Source of the DNA: Steroidobacter sp.
GTDB lineage: Bacteria > Pseudomonadota > Gammaproteobacteria > Steroidobacterales > Steroidobacteraceae
Assembly: GCA_050738395.1 (NCBI GenBank)
Contig: JBOHZJ010000490.1
Coordinates: 1-54,771, forward strand
Reading direction: 5' to 3'
DNA length: 54,771 bases
The notes below the pieces were generated by a model. That model ran no database searches. It was not told where the DNA came from and worked only from the letters and a program-made list of their open reading frames with translations. Position 1 is the stretch's first letter. Each line of letters begins with the position of its first letter. Both the position numbers and the translations under genes were made by a program. Below, piece after piece: positions 9,815 through 18,684 of this stretch.

Positions 9815-11710
9815 TTATAGCTTGGCATGTACCGGCGGATCGCCTGCGAGAATTTGATCGACCTGTTCGAAATCCACGGGCTTCACGAGATGACAGTCGA
9901 AACCGGCCTGCTTTGCAAGCTCACGATCGCTCTGCTGACCCCAGCCCGTCACGGCGGTGAGGACGGTGCACGCAGTTTGCGGCTGCTCGCGCAGGCGTCG
10001 CGCCAGATCGTAACCGTTCAGGCCGGGCAAGCCGATATCCAGAAAAGCGAACTCGGGCGCGTTCTGCGTCGCCGCCGCAAGCGCGGAGGCGCCGTCATTC
10101 AGCAGCGTCACTTCATGGCCCCGTTCACGAAGAATCGCCGCCAGACCGGCCGCGAAATCGACGTTGTCGTCCGCCAGCAGAACCCGTCGCGGCGGCGCGG
10201 GCGGCGAAATGCGTCGTGGCGCGGCTAATGCGGCCGGAGCCTGCGCATTCACCGGCAGCCTCACCACAAATTCGCTGCCGCATCCCAGTCCTGCGCTACG
10301 CGCTTCGATGTCGCCGCCATGCAGCTCCACGAGATGTCGGGCCAGCGACAGACCGACGCCCAGACCAGCATTGATGCGTTCCAACGATCGATCGACCTGC
10401 ACGAACATGCCGAAAACGGCGGCGAGCTCCGCGGCAGACAGTCCGATGCCGGTATCGCTGACCGAGACCATCACTTCATCCAGCGCATGCACTGCACGCA
10501 AGCTGATCGTCCCACCCGCCGGTGTATAGCGAGCGGCATTGTTGAGTAGATTCGAAAAGACCTGAGCAAGCCGGGTCGGATCGGCGTCGAGCGTCACGCG
10601 AGCGCCTGACAACTCGGTCTCGAGCCTGTGCTGTTTTGATTCGATGAGCGGCCGTGCGGTTTCGATCGAATCGTCCAGCACGGTCTGCAGATCCACCAGC
10701 TCCCTGTTGATCGTCAGGCGGCCGCGCGTAATGCGCGAAACATCCAGCAAGTCGTCCACCAATCGCACCATCTGATTCATCTGACGCTGCATCATGTCGC
10801 GAATCGCGCCTGCCTTGGCGGGATTGTCGCTGGCGATGCGCAGCAGCTCGAGGCCGGTGCGCAGCGGCGCCAGGGGATTGCGCAGCTCATGTGCGAGCGT
10901 CGCGAGGAACTCGTCCTTGCGGCGGTCGGCCCGGCGCAGTGCATCCTCAGCACCACGGCGCTCGGTCATTTCATGCTGGAGAATGCGATTGGATTCTTCC
11001 AGCGCGGACGCACGCCGGCCCACTTCGGTGAGCATCGTGTTGAATGCATCGACCAGCACGCCGAGTTCGTCATCGGTAGTGCGCTTTACCTGTTGGGAGA
11101 AATCGCGATGCTCGATCACGTTGCGCGCCGCGGCGGTCACCTCATGAATCGGTAGCGTGACGGAGCGTTGCAGCCACGTCGCGAGGAGCGCGGCGAACGC
11201 CAGGCTCAGCAGAGTTACGGCCGTCAGTATGCTGACGTAGTTCACGAGGCGATCGGTCAGCGCGAAACGTCCTCGCAGATACACCGTCCCGAGTACGATG
11301 GAGTTATCGACGATGCGCGCAGCAAGCACCAACTGATCGCCGGCGATTTCGTGGCCGGGCGGCGGCGGCCGAGCTGGAATCTGCGTGTCGTCCTCGAGAC
11401 CCGACTGTCGGTATTCTGCAAACACTGCGCCGTCCGGTGTATAGATCGCGCCGGCGAGAATCGCGGGGCGCACGCGCAGCAACGCCAGGTTTTCGTGCGC
11501 CGACTTCGGATCGTTGAATGCGAGCGCCGGCGCGCTGGCGCGCGCCAGAATGTCAGCCTGTGTGGTCAGATCCTGAATCCACAGGTCGCGATAGGCTCGC
11601 GCGTCGTAAATCACGAGCGTCACGCCCGTGACAAGCAACGCCGCCAGCGTCGTGGACAGGACCACCAGCATCATTTTGCCGGCGATCGACTGGCGGAACG
11701 TCTGCCGCAT
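9815..11710 (-). CDS. Hybrid sensor histidine kinase (YfiN-like periplasmic sensor, HAMP, HisKA, HATPase, receiver)
   Basis: ASAPALAFNDP sensor motif, HAMP (DELGVLVDAFN), LAHELRNP, GLGVGL, LDIGLP. Start moved to MRQTF at 11710. Confidence 0.9.
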   Translation of the reverse strand: MRQTFRQSIAGKMMLVVLSTTLAALLVTGVTLVIYDARAYRDLWIQDLTTQADILARASAPALAFNDPKSAHENLALLRVRPAILAGAIYTPDGAVFAEYRQSGLEDDTQIPARPPPPGHEIAGDQLVLAARIVDNSIVLGTVYLRGRFALTDRLVNYVSILTAVTLLSLAFAALLATWLQRSVTLPIHEVTAAARNVIEHRDFSQQVKRTTDDELGVLVDAFNTMLTEVGRRASALEESNRILQHEMTERRGAEDALRRADRRKDEFLATLAHELRNPLAPLRTGLELLRIASDNPAKAGAIRDMMQRQMNQMVRLVDDLLDVSRITRGRLTINRELVDLQTVLDDSIETARPLIESKQHRLETELSGARVTLDADPTRLAQVFSNLLNNAARYTPAGGTISLRAVHALDEVMVSVSDTGIGLSAAELAAVFGMFVQVDRSLERINAGLGVGLSLARHLVELHGGDIEARSAGLGCGSEFVVRLPVNAQAPAALAAPRRISPPAPPRRVLLADDNVDFAAGLAAILRERGHEVTLLNDGASALAAATQNAPEFAFLDIGLPGLNGYDLARRLREQPQTACTVLTAVTGWGQQSDRELAKQAGFDCHLVKPVDFEQVDQILAGDPPVHAKL

Positions 11711-12155
11711 CAGGCGCTCCTGCTCAGACAGGATATTGCTCCGCTGAAAGGGGGCCGGTAAGTTGCAGGCTTGGGTCGCATGCGTGATCCGGAAGTTCTG
11801 ATTGTTCGCTTTGAAAGCATCCGGGACTCCGACACTCCTTTGCGTGAGTCGCGGATCACGCCGGACATCGAGGAAATGCCGACTTTGCCTGCAATGTTCC
11901 GGGGCAAAGTTCGTGGTCAATGCACGATTCCCATCGCATGAGCCGGGCGCCGCGGAAAACACTGATGCGTCAACAGTGACTCGGGTCGGCGCTTTCCACG
12001 ATCCGCAATACGGTTTTCATCTGTACTCTGCCTGGCTCAAGCAGCCACGAGACCACGGCAGTGACTCACCTCGACATGAAGCAGAAGAACAGGGAACGAC
12101 GACGTTGATTGCGCTGTGTTTCAGAAGCTCCTTTGAGCGGTTGCAGGCGAACAGG

Positions 12156-12749
12156 ATGCGCCGCTTTGCGCGGTGCGCATTGCTCGGCCTGCTATGCGCA
12201 TTTGCTCCCCTGCACGCCGGCGCGCAGAGTCAGACCGCCTCGGCCGACAGCGTCAAGGCGGCGTTCCTTTATCACTTTTCCGGCTATGTCGAGTGGCCAC
12301 AGGTCAGCGCTGGCGGTCCGGTGACGATCGGCGTCATGGGATCTGAAACGATCGTCGGCGAACTGCGCCAGCTCTTGCCGGGTCGCAGTATCGATGGACG
12401 TCCAGTGCGCGTACGCGCGTTGTCGCCGGACGGCAACTTGTCGGGCCTGCACGTACTCTTCATCGGCGAACGCGAGCATCGACGCGCGCGGCAGGTCATC
12501 GATGCTCTGCAGGGCGCCCCTACTCTCACGGTCACGGACCATCCCGAGGGCCTGGAGCGCGGTGCGATGATCAATTTCGTGATCTCGGATAACCGCGTGC
12601 GCTTCGAGATTTCGCAAGCGCAGGCCGAACGCGTCGGGCTGAGGCTCAGCTCGCGATTGCTCGCCGTTGCGACGCGAGTTCGCAGCACTGGCGTTCAGCT
12701 TCAGCGCAGTCCGGCGATGACAGCCGCGAACGCCAGGCCGCGCGCCTGA
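12156..12749 (+). CDS. YfiR (DUF4154) family periplasmic protein
   Basis: Signal peptide, VKAAFLYHFSGYVEWP, GAMINF, RVRFEI, GLRLSSRLL. Confidence 0.88.
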   Translation: MRRFARCALLGLLCAFAPLHAGAQSQTASADSVKAAFLYHFSGYVEWPQVSAGGPVTIGVMGSETIVGELRQLLPGRSIDGRPVRVRALSPDGNLSGLHVLFIGEREHRRARQVIDALQGAPTLTVTDHPEGLERGAMINFVISDNRVRFEISQAQAERVGLRLSSRLLAVATRVRSTGVQLQRSPAMTAANARPRA

Positions 12750-12820
12750 TCAGCCGTCTGAGGCGGGAACGGCTCCAGCCCGCGCGGCGTTAGCCACGAA
12801 GGAGTCGATGCGAGGTGGAT

Positions 12821-13255
12821 ATGCGCGCGTTCTGGCTGCTGCTGATGGCCCTCGGCGCCTCACATGCGAGTGCGGCGGATGACTTCAAAATCATCAAGCT
12901 CGAGCAGGACGTGCGCAATCTCGAGCGTCAGGTGCAGGTGTTGTCGCGACAGGTCGATGAGCTGAGATCACACTCTGCGCGTTCGGGCGAACGCAGGATT
13001 GCACCTCGCACCTCGACGCCGTTGCTACCGTCGTCCTCCGCCTGGCTCAGCGCCGCAAATTGGGAGCGCGTCCAATCAGGCATGAGTGAACTCGACGTCA
13101 TCCGCCTGCTGGGCCCGCCTTCATCGATGCGCGTCGAGGATGAGGCGCGCGTGCTGCTGTATGCGATGGAGATCGGAACTGACGGCTTCCTGAGCGGCAG
13201 CGTCATGCTGAAGGAACGGCAGGTAGCGGCGGTGGAGAAGCCGGTGCTGAAGTAG
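12821..13255 (+). CDS. Exported protein with coiled coil and SmpA/OmlA-like C-terminal domain
   Basis: Signal peptide, heptad-rich segment, WERVQSGMSELDVIRLLGPP. Confidence 0.7.
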   Translation: MRAFWLLLMALGASHASAADDFKIIKLEQDVRNLERQVQVLSRQVDELRSHSARSGERRIAPRTSTPLLPSSSAWLSAANWERVQSGMSELDVIRLLGPPSSMRVEDEARVLLYAMEIGTDGFLSGSVMLKERQVAAVEKPVLK

Positions 13256-13264
13256 GGCCGCGCC

Positions 13265-13355
13265 GCTGTGAGTTCTGCGTTGTGCGTTGTGCGTCCGGAT
13301 TGCGCACCGGAGGTCTGCTTCGGCGGGCAACGCAGAACTGAGAACGGACAACGCG
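13265..13355. repeat. Inverted heptamer tandem-repeat element between convergent genes
   Basis: GCTGTGA GTTCTGC GTTGTGC GTTGTGC ... CAACGCA GAACTGA GAACGGA CAACGCG. Confidence 0.75.
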
Positions 13356-13362
13356 CCGCGCC

Positions 13363-14016
13363 CTACGGACCGGCGCTCTCCACCACGCCCAACACGCCGT
13401 TGATCACGAACTGAATGCCCATGCAGATCAGCAGGAAGCCCATGATGCGCGCCATGGCGTTCATGCCTGTTGCACCAAGGAGCTTGTCGAGCCGCGACGC
13501 GGCCTTGAGTACGGCGTAGGAGATCACCGCCGTGATTGCGATACCCACCGCGACGAACACGTAGTGAGCCACGATGCGGTCGCTTTCCTGCGCGGCGGTC
13601 GAGATGCCGATTACGACCGCGATGGAGCCAGGTCCGCTGAGACTCGGCATCGCGAGCGGCGTGAACGAAATATCCGCCTTATGCAGCGCCTCGACCTGTT
13701 CCTGATTCGAGATCGCCGCGGTATCGGGAAACAGCATGCGAAAGCCGAGATAACTCACGATCATCCCGCCGGCGATGCGCAGTCCCGGAATCGAGATGCC
13801 AAAGAAGCTCATGATCAGACCGCCCGCAACCAGGAAGGCGGCCAGGATGAAGAACATATAGATGCAGGCGCGACGAATCTGATCGATGCGTTCGGCCTCG
13901 GTGAGATTTACGGTAATGCTCGCAACCAGCCCGACCGCCGAGAGCGGATTGACGATCGGCAGCAACGCCGCGATCGTGCTGAGAATGTAAGTCGAACCTT
14001 CAGCCAGCCAGTTCAT
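13363..14016 (-). CDS. MarC family membrane protein
   Basis: LLPIVNP, FFGISIPGLRIAGG, PLAMPSLSGPGSI, RIMGFLLICMGIQF. Start moved to MNWL at 14016. Confidence 0.92.
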   Translation of the reverse strand: MNWLAEGSTYILSTIAALLPIVNPLSAVGLVASITVNLTEAERIDQIRRACIYMFFILAAFLVAGGLIMSFFGISIPGLRIAGGMIVSYLGFRMLFPDTAAISNQEQVEALHKADISFTPLAMPSLSGPGSIAVVIGISTAAQESDRIVAHYVFVAVGIAITAVISYAVLKAASRLDKLLGATGMNAMARIMGFLLICMGIQFVINGVLGVVESAGP

Positions 14017-14050
14017 GGGGCGGAGTATAGGAGGTTTCAAATGACGCTTT

Positions 14051-14192
14051 CGGCAGGCGGTTGTTCGCAGGACGGCTGCGGACGCAGCAGGACGGCATGC
14101 GCAGGACAGACACAGATCGGGATTCTCACTTGCTGATGAAGTCAGCCTTCCCGTCGCGGGCCTTCGTGCGAACGCCTTCCTGCCGCAGGCCG
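14051..14192. repeat. Degenerate GCAGGA(C/G)GGC 13-15-mer inverted repeat element overlapping the TetR 3' end
   Basis: GCAGGACGGC at 14067 and 14087 and GCAGGAC at 14101; opposite arm GGCCTTCGTGCG...TTCCTGC...GGCC resembles 19929-19974. Confidence 0.5.
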
Positions 14193-14878
14193 TCGCGCCT
14201 TGGTTTGCACAGCCGCTCGAACCCGCTGGCGATGAACGCCGCCATGCGCGCGTTGATCGCGTCGAAGTCGCTGGACCTGCACAGTCCATTGGAGAGCCGA
14301 TCGATACGTCCGGTCTGCGAAAGCGTCAGCGTGAGGGCGCCCGACAAGAAGTGATAGCTCCAGTAAAGATCCTGTTCGTTCGCACCGGGCAATGCCTTGC
14401 GCAGGGCGTCGATCAGACGATGGATCACCGCATCGAAGGTGCGTCCCATCGTCTCGCCGCCCCACACGGGTGTGTTGTTCACTTGCGCGATCAGCGCGAA
14501 ATAGTTGTGCCAGCGCTGATCGCCTTCCGCCGCCCGCTGCAGGATGGGCTGCAGAAATGCATCGATCACGCCTTCGACGGTAATCGCCTTGCCTGAGGAC
14601 TCCACGTAGGCGTCGATCGAATCGATGCGCTCGCGATTGACGATCTCTGCACGCCGCGCAAACACCGCGTCGAACAGACCGCGCTTCGTCTTGAAGTAGT
14701 AGTGCAACAGCGCGGTGTCGACTTTCGCCTCCTGCGCGACTTCCCGGATCGTCACGCCCCAGAAGCCGTGCCGCGAGAAGTGATCTTCGGCCGCATCGAG
14801 AATGCGGTCGCGCATGTCCGGCGCGCCCTCGTCCTTGATCGGCCGTCCCCGACGCGCACGCTTTCGTTTAGGGGTCAT
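14126..14878 (-). CDS. TetR/AcrR family transcriptional regulator
   Basis: RDRILDAAEDHFSRHGF, TIREVAQEAKVDTALLHYYFKTK. Confidence 0.93.
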   Translation of the reverse strand: MTPKRKRARRGRPIKDEGAPDMRDRILDAAEDHFSRHGFWGVTIREVAQEAKVDTALLHYYFKTKRGLFDAVFARRAEIVNRERIDSIDAYVESSGKAITVEGVIDAFLQPILQRAAEGDQRWHNYFALIAQVNNTPVWGGETMGRTFDAVIHRLIDALRKALPGANEQDLYWSYHFLSGALTLTLSQTGRIDRLSNGLCRSSDFDAINARMAAFIASGFERLCKPRRDGLRQEGVRTKARDGKADFISK

Positions 14879-14940
14879 TCTTGTTCCTTCGATGCATTCT
14901 TCCTGCAACGCAGCATATCGCGAGTCGATCCCGGCCGCAT

Positions 14941-15012
14941 TTCACCGGTTGATGAATATTTGACACGCGCCCTTTCGAAAGGGCAATCTGAGTTTAATCA
15001 TCATCTGATGAA
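14941..15012 (+). promoter_or_regulatory. Putative sigma70 promoter of the TonB receptor flanked by two TetR-type operators
   Basis: TTCACCGGTTGATGAA (14941-14956) and ATCATCATCTGATGAA (14997-15012) flank TTGACA (14960-14965) and a weak -10 CAATCT. Confidence 0.6.
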
Positions 15013-15148
15013 TAAACCGCACGCACGACGTCCGCGCTCCGCTCCTGAGGTTCCCGCCAGGGATTCCTCGATCAGGCTGGGCGGCGGTTTTCAGGCACAC
15101 AGCAGTATCTCCGGTTCGGTTCAGACCATCGCCTCAGGGGAAAACAAC

Positions 15149-17446
15149 ATGTCCTTCCATGCCTCTCGCACTACGTTGCGCCTCACCATCGCGGCTGTCC
15201 TCGCTTCCGCGGCGCCCTCGATTACGCCCGCACTCGCCGCCGAAGGCGATGCGCAGGCGAGTTCGACAATCGAACAGGTCGTCGTCACGGCGCGACGTCG
15301 CGAGGAAAGCCTGCAGGATGTTCCGGTCGCTATCACCGCGCTCACTGCCGATCAGTTGCTCCAGCAGAACGTCCGCACGCTCGAAGACATGACCGCGTAC
15401 GCACCAAACATCAAGGTGAACGCCGGCCGCGCAACGAGCAGCACGATCAATGCCTACATCCGCGGCGTCGGTCAGAACGATCCGCTGTGGGGCTTCGAGC
15501 CGGGCGTCGGCATATATCTCGACGACGTGTACATCGCACGCCCGCAAGGCGCTCTGCTCGACGTGTACGACGTCGAGCGCATCGAAATCCTGCGTGGTCC
15601 ACAGGGCACTCTGTACGGCAAGAACACGATCGCCGGCGCCATCAAGTACGTCACTCGCGACATCGCAACCGAAGATCCCGCCTTCAATGTCTCTGCGACC
15701 GGAGGCAGCTACGATCAGCGCGACCTGAAGGTCAGCGGTTCAGCGCCCATCGTCGCCGACCACGTGTATCTCGGCGCGGCAGTCGCCTGGCTGCAGCGTG
15801 ACGGCTACGGTGAAATCGTGGACGACGGCGCTCCGCGGCTCTACAACCGCGTCGGACAGGATGTTTCGGACAAGGACGTGCTCGCCGCGCGCGTGAACGC
15901 GACGTTCGTCTGGGGCGAAAATTCGAAGCTGCGCATCCTCGGCGACCTGATTCAGGACGATTCGAATGCGGCAGGCGGCCAGCGGCTGAACAATTTCCTG
16001 CAGCCGGCGTTGAACGACCGATTCGATCAGCGCACCGACATGCCCGTCGACCAGGACGAGTTCGAGACGAAGGGCGTTGCGGCGACGTTCACGCAATCGC
16101 TCACCGACTCCCTCGACCTGAAGATCGTCGGCGCGTATCGCGAGGGTGAAGGTCGTCAGTTCATCGACTTCGATGAACTGAATGCGAATCTCTTCCAGGT
16201 GCCCGCGCAGTACAGCGACGATCAGACGAGCGCCGAAGCGCAGCTCACGTATACGAGCGATCTCGTGAAGGGCGTCGGCGGGCTGTACTACTTCACCGGA
16301 TCAGCGAGCGGCGCTTTTGACGCCTCGCTCGGCGGATTCAATCTCACGTCGCTGACCAGGGGGACGGTCGATACGGACAGCATCGCGCTGTACTTCGATA
16401 CGACGTGGACGCTCACCGACCGACTCAACCTCAACGTCGGGGCGCGCTGGAATGAAGATGACAAGGAGGCGCAGGTATTCGTGCAGCAGTATCTCGGCAG
16501 ACTGCCCGCCAATGCGACGCTGTTCGACGAGAACAATGTGCCGGTCGGCTTTCTCGCCCTCGGCCCGCCGCAGACCAACTATACGAACGACCGATCGTTC
16601 TCGGATATCTCGCCGCGTCTCGGCGTGGACTTCGATGTCGCCGACAATGTGCTCGCGTACGTAAGCTACAGCCAGGGCTTCAAGAGCGGCGGCTTCGACA
16701 TGCGCGGCAACCAGGCCGCGAATCCCGCAACTCGCAATGGTTACGATTCCGAAACGGCGGACAACTTCGAAATCGGCGTCAAGTCGACGTTGCTGGATGA
16801 CACACTTAACTTCAACCTGACCGCGTTCTACACGCCCTATGAGGACGTGCAGATCACGACGCAGGAGTTCCAGGTCGTCAACGGCGCGCCTACCAACGTC
16901 ACGGCGGTATTGAATGCGGGCAAGCAGCTCAACAAGGGCGTTGAACTCGAGACGATGTGGCGGCCGGTTGCGGCGCTTACCCTGGTGCTCAACGTCGGCT
17001 GGCTGGACTCGGAGTTCAAGGACTTCTTCTTCGGCTGCACGCCGCCGCAACCAAACTGCCGCGTCAATCTCGCTTCGATCAATACGCCGATCAACGCGCC
17101 GGAGTGGACGTCCTTCCTCGGTGCGACGTATGAATGGGCGCTCGGCGCCGGCGATCTGAGCGCGCATCTCGGTTATCAGTATCGGGCTGACACGAAGGTC
17201 GCGAACACCGTCACGAGCATCACCGATCAGGACGCCTACGACGTGCTCGATCTCGGCTTTGCGTATATGACGGCCAATCAGTCCTGGCGCTTCGCAGTCG
17301 AAGGGAAAAACATTCTGGATGAGGAATACCGCGTGGCCGGCTATGACTTCGGCAACCCGGGCGCCGGCGCGACCGGCGGTCTGAGCCAGATCGGCTTCTA
17401 CGGCCCGCCGCGCACGGTGTCAGTAACTGCGACATATCGTTATTGA
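15149..17446 (+). CDS. TonB-dependent outer membrane receptor
   Basis: Signal peptide, IEQVVVTARRREESLQDVP, ERIEILRGPQGTLYGKN, terminal TATYRY; SD GGGGA before ATG 15149. Confidence 0.95.
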   Translation: MSFHASRTTLRLTIAAVLASAAPSITPALAAEGDAQASSTIEQVVVTARRREESLQDVPVAITALTADQLLQQNVRTLEDMTAYAPNIKVNAGRATSSTINAYIRGVGQNDPLWGFEPGVGIYLDDVYIARPQGALLDVYDVERIEILRGPQGTLYGKNTIAGAIKYVTRDIATEDPAFNVSATGGSYDQRDLKVSGSAPIVADHVYLGAAVAWLQRDGYGEIVDDGAPRLYNRVGQDVSDKDVLAARVNATFVWGENSKLRILGDLIQDDSNAAGGQRLNNFLQPALNDRFDQRTDMPVDQDEFETKGVAATFTQSLTDSLDLKIVGAYREGEGRQFIDFDELNANLFQVPAQYSDDQTSAEAQLTYTSDLVKGVGGLYYFTGSASGAFDASLGGFNLTSLTRGTVDTDSIALYFDTTWTLTDRLNLNVGARWNEDDKEAQVFVQQYLGRLPANATLFDENNVPVGFLALGPPQTNYTNDRSFSDISPRLGVDFDVADNVLAYVSYSQGFKSGGFDMRGNQAANPATRNGYDSETADNFEIGVKSTLLDDTLNFNLTAFYTPYEDVQITTQEFQVVNGAPTNVTAVLNAGKQLNKGVELETMWRPVAALTLVLNVGWLDSEFKDFFFGCTPPQPNCRVNLASINTPINAPEWTSFLGATYEWALGAGDLSAHLGYQYRADTKVANTVTSITDQDAYDVLDLGFAYMTANQSWRFAVEGKNILDEEYRVAGYDFGNPGAGATGGLSQIGFYGPPRTVSVTATYRY

Positions 17447-17472
17447 GAAGTGAGTCGCCGATAAAGAATGCG

Positions 17473-17524
17473 CCTCTTCCCTCTCCTGAACTCCCTCTCC
17501 AGCAGGGAGGGCGAGGTGAGGGGT
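17473..17524. repeat. Degenerate copy of the CCCTCTCC...GGTGAGGGG REP-like hairpin
   Basis: CCTCTTCCCTCTCC...CTCCCTCTCCAGCAGGGAGGGCGAGGTGAGGGG downstream of the receptor stop. Confidence 0.5.
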
Positions 17525-17656
17525 CTTCGGAACGCATACCACGCGGACTCCAACCCGCGCTGCGCAGGGCCTCTGCTGCACAAGGACGTGCAAGAGCCCT
17601 GTGATGGAAAGTAAAGGGAAGTACGTGCTCGCGCATCTCGCTGCCAGAGAATCATC

Positions 17657-18421
17657 ATGCCTCGAACCATTCTCATCACCGGCGCCGCCAGCGGCATTGG
17701 CCTGGCGCTCGCGAAGCACTTCGCTGCTGGCAGACATCGTGTTATTGCGTGCGACCTGCACCAGTCGGCCCTTGATTCGCTACGCGCCGAGCTCAATGCG
17801 ACGGATGTCGCAATTCGCACGCTCGCGTTTGACGTGTCGGACGCCGCGCAGATCGAACGGGCCTTTGCGGCGCTTGCGGACACGCCGCCCGACGTCCTGA
17901 TCAACAACGCCGGCGTGCAACACGTCGCGCCGCTCGAAGAGTTCCCGCCGGCAAAGTGGCAGCAGCTCATCGCGGTCATGCTGACCGGCGCCGCGCTGCT
18001 GACGCGCGCCGCCTTGCCGACAATGCGCGCGAAGGGCTACGGACGTATCGTCAACATCGGATCGATTCACTCACTGGTCGCTTCGCCCTACAAAAGCGCG
18101 TATGTCGCTGCGAAGCACGGTCTCGTCGGTTTCAGCAAGGCCATCGCGCTCGAAACGAACGACTGCGATATCACGATCAATACCGTTTGCCCGAGCTATG
18201 TGAAAACCCCGCTCGTCGATGCGCAGATCGACGCGCTCGCGCAGACGCACCGCCTCACGCGTGAACAGGTCATCGATGAAATCATGCTGAAGCCGATGCC
18301 GAAACGACAGTTCATCAGTCTCGAAGAACTGACCGGCACGGTGGAATTCCTTCTGAGCGACGCCGCCAGAAATATCACTGGACAGTGCATCACGATCGAC
18401 GGCGGGTGGACGGCGTCGTAG
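17657..18421 (+). CDS. bdhA: D-3-hydroxybutyrate dehydrogenase (SDR)
   Basis: TGAASGIG, NNAGVQHVAPLEEFP, GSIHSLVASPYKSAYVAAKHG, CPSYVKTPLV. Confidence 0.9.
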   Translation: MPRTILITGAASGIGLALAKHFAAGRHRVIACDLHQSALDSLRAELNATDVAIRTLAFDVSDAAQIERAFAALADTPPDVLINNAGVQHVAPLEEFPPAKWQQLIAVMLTGAALLTRAALPTMRAKGYGRIVNIGSIHSLVASPYKSAYVAAKHGLVGFSKAIALETNDCDITINTVCPSYVKTPLVDAQIDALAQTHRLTREQVIDEIMLKPMPKRQFISLEELTGTVEFLLSDAARNITGQCITIDGGWTAS

Positions 18422-18479
18422 TAGGGCTCGAATGCCGGCCGCGATAGCCACGTCTTCGCAGCAAGGCCGGTCGCAGAAT

Positions 18480-18560
18480 AGGAAATGGGGACAGTCCCTA
18501 TTTCGCTCATCTGCGAGTTCCATGCGGATGTCGGCGAAATGGGGACTGTCCCCATTTCCT
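18480..18560. repeat. REPIN-like inverted pair of GGGGACWGTCCC palindromes
   Basis: 27-nt arms 18480-18506 and 18534-18560 are reverse complements at 26/27, and each arm is itself a palindrome. Confidence 0.85.
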
Positions 18561-18684
18561 TCCCGGGGGCAGCGGCCGTCGTAATCTTTGGCTCTGACTG
18601 CCGCGGCCCCATCGTCGGCGTGCATCGCTGATCCGGCCTTCTGCTACCCTCCGACAGAAGTGCATCCATCAGGGGGGATTTGCC

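Noticed and set aside
11711..12155. N-terminal extensions of the kinase and YfiR ORFs, or an ncRNA in this gap
   Set aside because: The extensions overlap head-to-head and precede clear TM or signal starts; I recognised no RNA motif.
14702..15148. 914-aa start for the TonB receptor, and a riboswitch in its leader
   Set aside because: The SD and signal peptide point to 15149. CCTGAGG (15044) could pair with CCTCAGG (15132) near the SD, but no cobalamin or TPP consensus is visible and 7 bp is weak evidence.
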